Positions 18,958 through 29,242 of a stretch of 32,000 nt of DNA are shown piece after piece; within the stretch, counting starts at the first letter, position 1, and each line of letters starts with the position of its first letter. Position numbers and translations under genes: made by a program. Location of the stretch: the NCBI RefSeq assembly GCF_013365475.1, contig NZ_CP046579.1:750001-782000 (forward strand), written 5' to 3'. The notes below the pieces were generated by a model that ran no database searches, was not told where the DNA came from, and saw only the letters and a program-made list of their open reading frames with translations. This stretch comes from Candidatus Saccharimonadota bacterium (GTDB taxonomy: Bacteria; Pseudomonadota; Alphaproteobacteria; Rickettsiales; Anaplasmataceae).

Positions 18958-21024
18958 TTAATTACATTTAAACTCGTCAACTACGCATTGTGGTACTTGC
19001 CCATAATAGGAGAAATGCATGCTATATTGAGCTCTTCCTTGAGATATAGAACGTAAAATATTTATATAACCAAACATACTTGCAAGAGGTATGAAAGCAA
19101 GAATTATAGCACTTTTATTATGTGTCTCCATGCTTGAAACTTGTCCCCTTCTGCTATTTATATTACCCATAATATCGCCCATGTACTCTTCAGGTGTAAT
19201 AATTTCAACTTTCATTATAGGCTCTAGCATCTTTGGGTTAGCCTTATTCGCCATTTCTTTGAAAGCGCCTTTAGCAGCCAACTCAAAGGCTAAAGGACTT
19301 GAATCAACTTCATGAAAAGCACCGTCGATAAGTGTTGCTTTAAAATCAATAACTGGGAAACCAGAAATTATTCCGCCTTCTTTTATCAACTCTAACCCAT
19401 TCAACACACCAGGAATATATTCTTTTGGAATTGCACCACCTACAATTTTGCTTTCAAATTGAAATCCAGAGCCAGCCTGAAGAGGCTCAAATAGGATCTT
19501 TACTCTAGCAAATTGACCAGCCCCGCCCGACTGTTTTTTGTGAGTATAATCAACCTCAACAGGTTTAGTAATAGTTTCACGGTATGCAACTTGAGGAGCA
19601 CCAACGTTGATATTAATGTTGAATTCACGTTTGACCCTGTCTGTAATAATTTCAAGATGTAACTCACCCATACCCTTTAGTATAGTCTGGCCACTTTCTG
19701 CATTTATTAACATTTTTAAAGAAGGATCTTCTGTAACTAATTTATTTAAAGCAATACCTAATTTCTCATGATCTGAGGTAGTTTTAGGTTCTATAGCAAC
19801 TTCAATAACAGGTTCAGGAAATTCCATACGCTCTAATAATATAGGAAAATCGTGTGAACATAGAGTATCACCAGTAATTGTTTTCTTTAATCCAACTAAA
19901 GCGACTATATCTCCAACCTTAGCTTCATTTATATCCTCTCTGTTATTTGCATGCATAAGAAGCATTCTACCAATCCCTTCAGTTTCATTCTTCCCAGCAT
20001 TTAATACAGTAGACTTAGATTTTAATTTACCAGAGTAAATACGAATGAAAGTTAAGCTACCTACAAATTTATCTGTCATTACTTTAAATGCAAGAGCAAC
20101 AAATTTTCCTTGTTCTGAAGGTTTAACAGAAATTTTTTTCTCTGGATTTTTAGGGTCACTCCCAACAATCTCATTAACATCAATAGGAGAAGGAAGGAAA
20201 TCAACTATACCATTCAAAAGGGGCTGTACTCCTTTATTTTTAAAAGCTGATCCACATAATATTGGAACAAATATTCCTTTAGTAGTTCCGCTTCTTATAC
20301 ACTTCTTTAATAGATCTATAGGCAAGTCGTTGTATTCAAAATAAACATTCATTGCCTCATCATACATTCCAGCTGCAGTATCTAATAAAAGATTCCGGTA
20401 CTCTTGAGACATACCAAGCAAATTAGATGGAATATCTTCATAAAAAAAATTAGCACCCAATGCCTCTTCTTCCCATATAATAGCTTTCATATAGATGAGG
20501 TCTATTATACCTTTGAAATCCTTTTCATTTCCTATTGGAAGCTGCACAACTAAAGGAACTGTCCCTAGCTTACTTTTGACCATATCAACACACCGATAAA
20601 AATTTGCTCCTACTCTATCCATTTTATTGATAAAGCAGATACGAGGGACATTATATTTATCAGCTTGACGCCAGACAGTTTCAGATTGAGGTTCAACGCC
20701 TGCAACCCCATCGAATACAGCAACTGCACCATCCAAAACCCTCAAAGACCTTTCAACTTCAATAGTGAAATCAACATGTCCTGGAGTATCAATTATATTG
20801 ATTTTATGACCATTCCAAAAACATGTCGTAGCGGCTGATGTGATTGTAATACCACGCTCCTTCTCTTGCTCCATCCAATCCATAGAAGCTGCACCATCAT
20901 GTACTTCTCCAATTCTATTTTGTTTTCCAGTATAAAATAAAATACGCTCTGTTGTAGTGGTTTTTCCAGCATCTATATGAGCCATTATACCTATATTTCT
21001 ATATTCAGATATATTAATTCTCAT
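18958..21024 (-). CDS. fusA: Translation elongation factor G
   Basis: 688 aa. It carries [47 protein letters not shown] and HEVDSS, and is full length. Confidence 0.97.
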   Translation of the reverse strand: MRINISEYRNIGIMAHIDAGKTTTTERILFYTGKQNRIGEVHDGAASMDWMEQEKERGITITSAATTCFWNGHKINIIDTPGHVDFTIEVERSLRVLDGAVAVFDGVAGVEPQSETVWRQADKYNVPRICFINKMDRVGANFYRCVDMVKSKLGTVPLVVQLPIGNEKDFKGIIDLIYMKAIIWEEEALGANFFYEDIPSNLLGMSQEYRNLLLDTAAGMYDEAMNVYFEYNDLPIDLLKKCIRSGTTKGIFVPILCGSAFKNKGVQPLLNGIVDFLPSPIDVNEIVGSDPKNPEKKISVKPSEQGKFVALAFKVMTDKFVGSLTFIRIYSGKLKSKSTVLNAGKNETEGIGRMLLMHANNREDINEAKVGDIVALVGLKKTITGDTLCSHDFPILLERMEFPEPVIEVAIEPKTTSDHEKLGIALNKLVTEDPSLKMLINAESGQTILKGMGELHLEIITDRVKREFNININVGAPQVAYRETITKPVEVDYTHKKQSGGAGQFARVKILFEPLQAGSGFQFESKIVGGAIPKEYIPGVLNGLELIKEGGIISGFPVIDFKATLIDGAFHEVDSSPLAFELAAKGAFKEMANKANPKMLEPIMKVEIITPEEYMGDIMGNINSRRGQVSSMETHNKSAIILAFIPLASMFGYINILRSISQGRAQYSMHFSYYGQVPQCVVDEFKCN

Positions 21025-21043
21025 ATTACTTAATTAGTTAACA

Positions 21044-21523
21044 TTAAAAGTTAAGATGAGAAAAAGCTTTATTAGCCTCAGCCATTTTATATTTTTCTTC
21101 ATATATCTTAAATGCTCCCCCTCGTTTGTTATAAGCATCTATTATTTCAGCTTGCAGACAATCAGCAGAAGTTTTCCCACTTTTTTTTCTGGCTGCAGAA
21201 GCAGCTCCAGCAATCCATCTTAATGCTAAAGAGACTGCTCTATCCTTTCTAACTTCAACTGGCACTTGATATGTTGCACCTCCAATACGACGAGGGCGAA
21301 CTTCTATAGAAGGTGTAACATTTTCTACTGCAGTTTCAAAAATTGATACCCCACTTTCATTTATTTTCTTTTCAGCTGAAGATAAAGCACCATAGACAAT
21401 TTTTTCTGCAATAGACTTTTTACCACATTTCATAATTACATTAATGAAACGCATTAGTAAGACACTACCATAACGTGAATCAGGATTTATCTCTCTCTTT
21501 TTTGCTTTGTTCCTGCGAGCCAT
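21044..21523 (-). CDS. rpsG: 30S ribosomal protein S7
   Basis: 159 aa. [20 protein letters not shown]... and [19 protein letters not shown] are canonical S7 sequences. Confidence 0.95.
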   Translation of the reverse strand: MARRNKAKKREINPDSRYGSVLLMRFINVIMKCGKKSIAEKIVYGALSSAEKKINESGVSIFETAVENVTPSIEVRPRRIGGATYQVPVEVRKDRAVSLALRWIAGAASAARKKSGKTSADCLQAEIIDAYNKRGGAFKIYEEKYKMAEANKAFSHLNF

Positions 21524-21528
21524 AAATT

Positions 21529-21903
21529 TTAATCAGATTTTTTTACCCCATATTTTGAACGAGCCTTTTTTCTATTTTGTACACCACGAAGATCAAGAGT
21601 GCCCCTTATTATGTGGTAACGTACACCAGGTAAGTCCTTAACTCGTCCACCTCGTATTAGGACAACTGAGTGTTCCTGTAAATTATGGCCTTCACCAGGT
21701 ATGTAAGCTGTTACTTCACCATAACCACTAATTCTCACCCTAGCTACTTTACGTAGTGCTGAGTTAGGCTTCCTAGGAGTTGTAGTGTATACCTTAGTAC
21801 AAACACCTCTTCTCTGAGGGTTACTCTTTCCTAAAGCAGGTACCTTTTTTTTACAAAGTAACCTTAATCTGCCCTTGCGTATTAGCTGATTTATTGTAGG
21901 CAT
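21529..21903 (-). CDS. rpsL: 30S ribosomal protein S12
   Basis: [12 protein letters not shown]...[19 protein letters not shown]...[18 protein letters not shown] is canonical S12. The start was taken at the MPTINQL Met (ATG at 21903). The ORF-track start at 21921 adds 6 aa with no counterpart in the canonical S12 N-terminus. Confidence 0.93.
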   Translation of the reverse strand: MPTINQLIRKGRLRLLCKKKVPALGKSNPQRRGVCTKVYTTTPRKPNSALRKVARVRISGYGEVTAYIPGEGHNLQEHSVVLIRGGRVKDLPGVRYHIIRGTLDLRGVQNRKKARSKYGVKKSD

Positions 21904-21940
21904 ATAAAAACTCAAGCTCATTGAAATAACTTAAGCCTTA

Positions 21941-21969
21941 AGCATAAAATGATTGATATTAATAGTCAA
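21941..21969 (-). promoter_or_regulatory. Candidate sigma-70-type promoter for the rpsL operon
   Basis: On the minus strand the sequence reads TTGACT (21969-21964), then 17 nt, then TATGCT (21946-21941). This would place the transcription start about 30 nt upstream of the rpsL ATG at 21903. It rests on pattern match only, and chance matches are common in AT-rich DNA. Confidence 0.3.
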
Positions 21970-22214
21970 CATAAAGATAAACATTATTTATATATTAATT
22001 CAACTTCTATAATTCCTACCTAACATAAAACTTAGATTTCGTGAGCTTTTTAAAGTTTAGGTAGAATTTACTTAATAGGAAGCATAAGAAGAAGATAGGA
22101 ACTTCTTAATCTAAGCTTTTCTTGATGACATTTCTAAGATTGAATATAATTTTTGCTGTACTTGTTTCACTTCGTATACTGTTCACAGTTAATATAATTA
22201 AATTAATTACTCTA

Positions 22215-22937
22215 ATGAGATGGAAAGATGAAGCTATTATTTTATCTACTAAAAAGTACGGTGATAAAAACTTGACTCTTTCTTTGTTCACAAAAAATCA
22301 TGGAAAGTGCAAGGGAATAACTAGAGTAGTACATAATGGCAATTATAAATTTCAAATAACCAACCTTTTGTGTGCAGAATGGAGCGCTAAATTACCTGAA
22401 AACTTGGGATTTTTTAAGTGTGAGCTGATTGAATCTATGCTCCATCACTTCCTCCAAGACAGGTTGAAAGGTATTGCTATTACCTCTTTTTTCTCTATTT
22501 TAGAGAAAGTATTTCCAGAGGGAGAACCATGTATTGTGCTTTATGATAACCTTCGATATTTTTTTAACGTAATCAAACATAACAATAGATCTTGGCAAGC
22601 ACATTATCTTAATTTAGAGCTTTTACTTCTTACACAACTTGGGTTTAAGCTAGATCTGTCAAAATGCGCAGTAACAGGCAATAAAGAAAATTTACAGTTT
22701 ATTTCTCCAAAAACCGGTAGAGCAGTATCAAAAGAAGTAGGTGGTTACTATGCGGATAAACTACTACCTTTTCCTCAAATATTGTATGATATATATAATA
22801 ATAACTTACAAAGTAATTACTCATATCAGGAATTTCAATCAGGACTAAAGATTACAGGGTATTTTTTTAATAAGTATCTGTTTTCACAGCTAAATATTAG
22901 ATTTCCAGATTCTAGGGATCTTATGTTTTTGCCTTAA
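22215..22937 (+). CDS. recO: DNA repair/recombination protein RecO
   Basis: MRWKDEAIILSTKKYGDKNLTLSLFTKNHGKCKGITR is a typical RecO N-terminal OB-fold start. The 31 extra hydrophobic residues in the ORF track (from 22122) look like spurious upstream extension. Confidence 0.8.
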   Translation: MRWKDEAIILSTKKYGDKNLTLSLFTKNHGKCKGITRVVHNGNYKFQITNLLCAEWSAKLPENLGFFKCELIESMLHHFLQDRLKGIAITSFFSILEKVFPEGEPCIVLYDNLRYFFNVIKHNNRSWQAHYLNLELLLLTQLGFKLDLSKCAVTGNKENLQFISPKTGRAVSKEVGGYYADKLLPFPQILYDIYNNNLQSNYSYQEFQSGLKITGYFFNKYLFSQLNIRFPDSRDLMFLP

Positions 22938-23491
22938 TAGATTTCTCATAATTTTATTGCATTGTAAATTCAATAAAAACTGTTTGTCTAACTTTATCAA
23001 TCTACCATACTTATAATAATATGTAGTAAGGTATTTAGTTATCTATCTTAAATCGTTTGACTAAGTAATGTGTTAGATTGAGTAGTTGGTATCTTTATAG
23101 TTAGTTTTTGTTATATTTGCTTTTATAGCCTTATTTATTCTTACATGTTTCACACTATGAAGTATTTTTAAGATATCATAAGATAATAATACATAATTAA
23201 TTAATGATAAGGATATCTAATATGTTGCTTTTTATAATTTTCTTGAGACTTTATAGTTGGCTTCAATTAGTAAAAGAGTACTTTTTTATAAAAGTGATGT
23301 TATTCAGAATATGAAGATATGGGTATTTTCTAGATCTTAGCGTTAGATATTTGGGAACAAGAATGATAAGGATGTTGAGATGATAAAAATAAGTTACAAA
23401 AACATTATTCTTCAATAAAGATTTTATCTGTAATACGATATCAATTATGCTCAGTCTCTAAAGCTGAAATCGGCTGTACTTTTTAAGTAGT

Positions 23492-23662
23492 TCAGATAAT
23501 CCGCACTATATTAGGTGTTACTTCAGGTAATTTTGCTTTGGATCCGTTATCAAGTATAATATACTATCTCCTATTTCCTAATATAAACAAGAAAAAATAT
23601 GGTTGCTTAATTGAGTTTTTCTACGAGATATATTCAATGAGTCTTAAGTCTGATGACGAGTT
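23492..23662 (-). pseudogene. ftsQ: Decayed 3' continuation of ftsQ (same frame, interrupted by stop codons)
   Basis: The same reading frame continues past the TAA as NSSSDLRLIEYIS*KNSIKQPYFFLFILGNRR*YIILDNGSKAKLPEVTPNIVRII*. The stretch RR*..ILDNG.K.KLPE matches the conserved FtsQ RRW-x-L-x-L-x-NG-x-x-V-x-LP motif, with TAG (23564-23566) in place of the Trp codon TGG. Further stops lie at 23621-23623 and 23492-23494. Confidence 0.65.
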
Positions 23663-24142
23663 TTATCCTGTGATTACAATGAGCTTATCTATCGAGTGAC
23701 TATTTACAATTAATTTTCCTTCATGGTCAATTACTAAAGTTTTATCATTGTTACCCCAAGGAGTAAGAAGCTTATGTTCATGTACATTAATATGTAGTGT
23801 ATTAGGCAAAATTCTATAAATTCTCACATATTTTATCCATTTGTTTTGGGACTGTATGTCATTAGCAAGATTTGAGAGTGATATATATATAATTGGTTGT
23901 GCTTTATTTATTAAGTTTAAAATATCTTTCTCATTTGTAAATTTGTTACCTGTAATAGCTACCTTGTCAATTGAAAATACATTACTTAGTAGAGTATATA
24001 AGTAGTTGTTGTACCAAGTAAGGTAATAATTAAGTTGGTTTGTAATTTTATTAAACGAGCTATGAAGTGCTGCTGTAAGAGAAAACGCTATTATAAGTAA
24101 CAGAATACACTTCATGTAAAAAAATTTCGCTTTTAGTAACAT
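23663..24142 (-). CDS. ftsQ: Cell division protein FtsQ, truncated (TM helix plus POTRA domain only; probably a pseudogene)
   Basis: 159 aa. An N-terminal transmembrane segment (CILLLIIAFSLTAAL) is followed by a POTRA-like region (IDKVAITGNKFTNEKDILNLI...RILPNTLHINVHEHK). The ORF ends at a TAA right after LIVITG, where full-length FtsQ continues. It lies 21 nt downstream of ddl. Confidence 0.7.
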   Translation of the reverse strand: MLLKAKFFYMKCILLLIIAFSLTAALHSSFNKITNQLNYYLTWYNNYLYTLLSNVFSIDKVAITGNKFTNEKDILNLINKAQPIIYISLSNLANDIQSQNKWIKYVRIYRILPNTLHINVHEHKLLTPWGNNDKTLVIDHEGKLIVNSHSIDKLIVITG

Positions 24143-24163
24143 TGCTCAACATTCAATTCACTT

Positions 24164-25093
24164 CTAATATTTTTGAGCTGATTCAACGATGATTTGAATT
24201 AATTTGTTAAAACTAATTCCTTTTGCTAACTCTGCAATTTTAGGAACTAATGATGATTCAGTAAGGCCTGGGTGTGTGTTAATCTCGAGCATTTTTAATG
24301 CTTTATTTTTAGGATCATAGCGGAAATCTGAGCGGGAGACAGTTCTGCATTCTAAAAATCGATGAATTCTCAATGCGTATTCTAGAGTCATTTTGTATAT
24401 GTGATCAGGAATTTCTGCAGGAAATATATATTCTGTAAATCCACTTGTATACTTTGCTTTATAGTCATAAAATTTATTTTTTGGTCGTATTTCCATAGTG
24501 CCAATTGCTTCATCTAACAATACAGCAGTTTGCAATTCTACACCTGGAACATATTCTTCTATGATCATTTTCCCAATGGTAACAGTATCACTATATTTCA
24601 GGGTTAGATAATCCTCGTATGAGAGAATTATATGTACACCTATGCTTGACCCTTCATTGATTGGTTTTAAGACATATGGGTAATCAATTTTAATATTGTT
24701 TTTTAGTATATCTTTTTGGCTAATTATGTATCCTTTTGGTGTATTAATACCGAGATAATGAAATATGTGCTTAGACATCACTTTGTTCATAGCAACAGCG
24801 GAAGCCATTACTCCGGAATGTGTATATTTTATACCTAGGATTTCTAATAGACCTTGAATACAGCCATCTTCACCATAAGGTCCATGTAAAGCGATAAAAG
24901 CAAGATGAGGATTAATCTTTTTTAGCTTTTCAGTAATATTGCCATCGACATCTACTTCTATTGCTTTGTATGAAAGGCGGTCAAGTGCTTTCTTCACTGC
25001 TTTCCCAGTCATTAGTGATACTTCTCTCTCACTGGAAAATCCACCGATCAGAATTGCTATAGTTATATGCATAACATTCTTAGAATGATACAT
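24164..25093 (-). CDS. ddl: D-alanine--D-alanine ligase
   Basis: 309 aa. IAILIGGFSSEREVSLMTGKAV is the Ddl N-terminus, and ATP-grasp features are present (YPYVLKPINEGSSIGV, LEINTHPGLTESSLVPK). By alignment to other Ddl proteins, translation may start at the second Met (ATG at 25072). Confidence 0.9.
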   Translation of the reverse strand: MYHSKNVMHITIAILIGGFSSEREVSLMTGKAVKKALDRLSYKAIEVDVDGNITEKLKKINPHLAFIALHGPYGEDGCIQGLLEILGIKYTHSGVMASAVAMNKVMSKHIFHYLGINTPKGYIISQKDILKNNIKIDYPYVLKPINEGSSIGVHIILSYEDYLTLKYSDTVTIGKMIIEEYVPGVELQTAVLLDEAIGTMEIRPKNKFYDYKAKYTSGFTEYIFPAEIPDHIYKMTLEYALRIHRFLECRTVSRSDFRYDPKNKALKMLEINTHPGLTESSLVPKIAELAKGISFNKLIQIIVESAQKY

Positions 25094-25848
25094 TAATTAT
25101 AGCTACATATACCCCTTGCAAGTAGAAGAAAATTAGTTTAAAGCATTATTAATGCAACTCTTTTGTAAGTCTATCACAAAAAACTGCTTGTGTTAGCTAA
25201 TACTTTAGTGTTAGAATTAATATATTATTAATAGGATTAAAAATAGTCAGAATTTGATAATTGTAATTTACTTAATGGTGCTCTAATCACTAACTTTACT
25301 GGTAGCATTTTTAGGTACTTGCATATGATATATGTAAGAGCAACAATTTTCATAAAGCTTTAGAACTTAATTAAATCTGATTTTTGTTAAAGCTTTTGAT
25401 GCTATGTATTTGATTTTATGATATCTAAGTTTTCTAATTTTTTATTTATATTGTTCTAACTAAACTAATATAATATGTTATTCACGAAGCAGTAAGGCTA
25501 AGGAAATTTCTTTTCATTACAACATAGTTATAAGGAGATGTGCAAGATTTTCAGTAATGTTGTAGATAAATAGTATTTATGGTCTCTTATATGTGGGATG
25601 CGCAAAATTGATTTTTTGATGATTGCTTTAATATTTAGGATTATTTCTTATTTCAGAACTACTTCTAAAGGAAAGATCTAGTTACTTCCAGACTTAGACC
25701 CTACTATATAAAAATGCTTACCATGTCATGATAATACAGTAAATCATAGTAGCATAATTAGTAGAAGCATTTAAAATGATCAGTACTGTATGCTGTGAGA
25801 AATATAAAGAAGATATGGATACCAAGATAAGCTTTCTTCTAAAGAGAA

Positions 25849-26223
25849 TTACTCTAGATTTTCATCAAAATAAGCTATCTTACCTTCTCTTTCCTTACAC
25901 TCTTCTGCAGTATTTAAAGGTTGTTTTTTAGCAGTAATACTTGGCCATCTCCGTGAATATTTTTCATTTATATCATAAAACAACTTAAAATTCTTTTGTT
26001 CGCTACTCAGCAAATTTTCATCTAATCCTAAAATGTCTTTTATAGAATCATCAGTCACAATTGCATCCACTGGACATTCAGGTATACATACTCCGCAATC
26101 AATACATTCATCTGGATTAATCACAAGCATATTTTTGCCTTCATAGAAACAATCAACAGGACACACTTCCACACAATCTGTATATTTACATTTTATACAT
26201 TTATCTGTAACAAAATGTGTCAT
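25849..26223 (-). CDS. fdxA: Ferredoxin, 7Fe type ([3Fe-4S][4Fe-4S], FdxA-like)
   Basis: [29 protein letters not shown]...[21 protein letters not shown] carries the cysteine pattern CxxCxxxCxxxCP...CxxCxxCxxxCP. The start was taken at the MTHFV Met (ATG at 26223). The ORF-track extension to 26256 adds 11 aa with no counterpart in the canonical FdxA N-terminus. Confidence 0.9.
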   Translation of the reverse strand: MTHFVTDKCIKCKYTDCVEVCPVDCFYEGKNMLVINPDECIDCGVCIPECPVDAIVTDDSIKDILGLDENLLSSEQKNFKLFYDINEKYSRRWPSITAKKQPLNTAEECKEREGKIAYFDENLE

Positions 26224-27985
26224 AGAGCAATATATAATTACATATTGTATGTACACGAGACTAACAAGAAGTTCAAGTCCATTTTTATGTTACCATAATT
26301 CAAGTGCTAATTAATATTAGATTAGATCATTTCAGGTGATGATAAAGCTTTAAAATAATTGAGTAAGGTTTGCAATAATAAGAAGTCATACGGGTCAACA
26401 CACATGGGAAGAAACCGGAATAGAGAAATTAGAGTTAAGGCTATTCTTACTATAATTCAGTTTGTCTTAACACTCTAGGAACATGTTGAATTGTCGATTA
26501 ATAATTAAGAGACGAGGTAATTACAACAACAGTATATAGCTTATTTTTTAGCAAATGAGGAAATTTTACTAATGAGCTTGAGACCTGATTCAGCAAAAAC
26601 TAATCATTACTTACAAGATGAATAGGCAATGCGGGAAATAGTAATTATAGAAATCATCTAACCATTTCCACAGAAAAAGCAATCGATGTAGTACACTAAA
26701 GGAAACATTGTTTTATACAAAAATTATTAAAAACAGTAAACTGGCAATTACCGATCTTTTCTCTCTATTAAAACTTGACCTTAGCATTTCCAGTAACAGT
26801 TAAGCTATATCCAACATAGCACAGATATTTAAGCAACTAAAGCATAAAAGTCATGATTTCTCAATAAAAACAAATTTCCTTATAGAGCAAGAAATAAAAG
26901 CATTTAAGATTTATGTATTTTCTTAAAAATCTAAATTGTATATTACTGAACTAGTCACCTAATTCTATATCCTGTTTTTACAGGTTTTTAAGCTTAGTTA
27001 GCATCTCCTATAATGTTATTACCTAAAAGATATTAAAAGATATTTTCCCATCAAATTCCCCCATGAGTAATTAATGCTACTGACTAAGTTGTGTCATGTT
27101 CATTTTTTATAATCCAAGCAATGAATATTGAATTAGTCCATTTTCCAATGGGGGGGAAGATTTTTATAAGGAGTCAACAATTATGATTGTAATAATTTGA
27201 TTAAACCTACATAAGGATAATTTGTGATTATCATTAAAATTTAATTAATAAATGATTTTTCCAATTGTAATTGACCAAGCTTGTGTTGATGTTATGGATT
27301 ACTGCCGTTTTTCTAGAAAAGTTTATGTCATAATTGCATGATTTTCCTTTCATTACTTTTATATGGCAAAGTATATTCTTTTTATATTTCGGCATATTTC
27401 CTAAGTATGCTTTTCTATTGAAGTTTGATGCCTAGTTCTAACCAAAGAAACTAAGTTTTCAATGTTTCCAGTCATGTATTTTATCGTTTGCTCTCTTTTA
27501 ATAGCAGGCAATAAAGCCTGGTACACGTAAGAAAAATTTCTTCGGTCGTTTATTTAATCTATTTTTATATGGAGTCCCATATTAAGATGGGAGTTATAAT
27601 TATGAGTTTAGATAAGTCATTAAAATATTCAACTAAATGGAAATACTAAAGCAAAATATGTATGCTTCTTGTCAGAGTTGAAATTTAAATCATAATTAAA
27701 GAAGAAGCTGGAAGACTACTTGCCCTAACACTTCTAATTAAAAGGTTGTGGTTCTTATATTAAATAGTTGGTGTAGATTTTAAATACTAAATGTGAGTTC
27801 AGGGAGTCTGACCCATGTATGTCAACCCTTCGTTAATATTTTCACTTCTGTAGCTAGAGCTTTGATCTAAAAAGATGGTATCTTGATTTGTATTCTAAAG
27901 GTATAGAGAAGTAGTATTAAATTAATGGAAAAATGAAACTAAAACGAGTCTTTTTATTCACTAGCTAAAAATTATTGCATTACAT

Positions 27986-28462
27986 TTAATGTAGTTTTTT
28001 ATTTAGATCCCGTGAAAGTGAAGATATAATCTCGCTACTACGCTTATCATCTTGGTGCATTTGCATTATTTTTTTTACAGTGTCAGCAGCTATGCTTGCT
28101 GTGTTAGCTTGTAAATCTCCAATTGCTTTTTCAACTTGATCACTCACTCTCTTTAAGTGGATGCTAGCATTCTTACTTAACGTTTGATCTAGTTGTTGTC
28201 TGTTGTACTTTATAATCTTATTAGCTTTGTCAAGTGCTTCATTCATTGTTCTATTAATTTCTTCGTCTAGTTTTTTATATTTTTCAGAAGATTTTTTATA
28301 ATATTCCAACATATCCATTTTAAATTTTTCAACCTCTTGGTTTGTAAACTTACTTTTATTAAGCTTTTTATTAATGGTATCTTTTATTAATTTTTTTAAT
28401 AACCTATATGAAAGAGCAAAGCCTACTAAAAAAGCAAGACTGACTATCATTGATGTAGACAT
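27986..28462 (-). CDS. atpF: F0 ATP synthase subunit b
   Basis: 158 aa. One N-terminal transmembrane helix is followed by a long charged coiled-coil-like region. It is the last gene of the a-c-b'-b cluster. Confidence 0.78.
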   Translation of the reverse strand: MSTSMIVSLAFLVGFALSYRLLKKLIKDTINKKLNKSKFTNQEVEKFKMDMLEYYKKSSEKYKKLDEEINRTMNEALDKANKIIKYNRQQLDQTLSKNASIHLKRVSDQVEKAIGDLQANTASIAADTVKKIMQMHQDDKRSSEIISSLSRDLNKKLH

Positions 28463-28470
28463 AAAGACCC

Positions 28471-28950
28471 CTAAGATTCTTTGAATATCAAATTAGCAAC
28501 AAATTCTTTTTCAATTTTTGAATTAGTCAATTTATTGTAGTAAATTAATGCAATATCAGTAGCTATTTGCTTTAATTCATCAGTATTCTCAAGTTTAAAT
28601 TCTTCTACTTTTTCTTTAATAAGATTATTAGTTTTTTCATCTTCCTCTTTTATAGTATTTTTCACACTTACCTTCATTTTTTCTACTTGGGTAAGTGCAT
28701 CAGCTATAACCTTTTTTGCTTGTGCTCTAGCTTCATTTAAAGCTAAGTTATACCTAATAGCCTGATTTTCTATAAGTCTCAAAAGATGAATAGAACTACT
28801 AAAAGAGTCTAACACTCTCTTGCTTCTGATGTTTATTATCTTATCCAACTTTGGTAAAAATAAGTAACTTACTATAAAAAAGAGCAGAAAGAAAAAAATT
28901 AAAAACCAAAAAACTTGAGAGGGAAAAGTTGAAATATCTAGTTGTGGCAT
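28471..28950 (-). CDS. atpF2: F0 ATP synthase subunit b'
   Basis: 159 aa. The N-terminus MPQLDISTFPSQVFWFLIFFFLLFFIV plus a coiled-coil tail is typical of the alphaproteobacterial b' paralogue. It lies between atpE and atpF. Confidence 0.78.
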   Translation of the reverse strand: MPQLDISTFPSQVFWFLIFFFLLFFIVSYLFLPKLDKIINIRSKRVLDSFSSSIHLLRLIENQAIRYNLALNEARAQAKKVIADALTQVEKMKVSVKNTIKEEDEKTNNLIKEKVEEFKLENTDELKQIATDIALIYYNKLTNSKIEKEFVANLIFKES

Positions 28951-28953
28951 ACA

Positions 28954-29181
28954 CTAAACAACAAATATCAATAGTAATGCAAGCAGAAATGCAAATAATC
29001 CCATTGCTTCAACTAAAGCTGCTCCTGTATAGACATATTTTTTCATCTTATCTTCTGACTCAGGATTTCTAGCAAGACCACTTAGCATGGTAGAAAATAT
29101 ATTTGCTACACCAGTACCAGCTCCAAGCATACCAAGTACACTTAATCCAATTGCTATAAATTTTAAAGCTACCAAATCCAT
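28954..29181 (-). CDS. atpE: F0 ATP synthase subunit c
   Basis: 75 aa forming a two-helix hairpin. The loop is GLARNPE and the proton-binding Glu lies in GAALVEAMGLF. Confidence 0.93.
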   Translation of the reverse strand: MDLVALKFIAIGLSVLGMLGAGTGVANIFSTMLSGLARNPESEDKMKKYVYTGAALVEAMGLFAFLLALLLIFVV

Positions 29182-29242
29182 ATATTACCTTAACTATTTC
29201 CTTAACAGGATTAATTATAAAATACCCTGTAGACAAAGTCAA

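Noticed and set aside
22106-22291. 61-aa minus-strand ORF and the 31-codon N-terminal extension of the recO ORF (22122-22214)
   Set aside because: The RecO homology begins at MRWKDEAIIL (22215). The upstream extension and the antisense ORF are hydrophobic, low-complexity products of AT-rich intergenic DNA.
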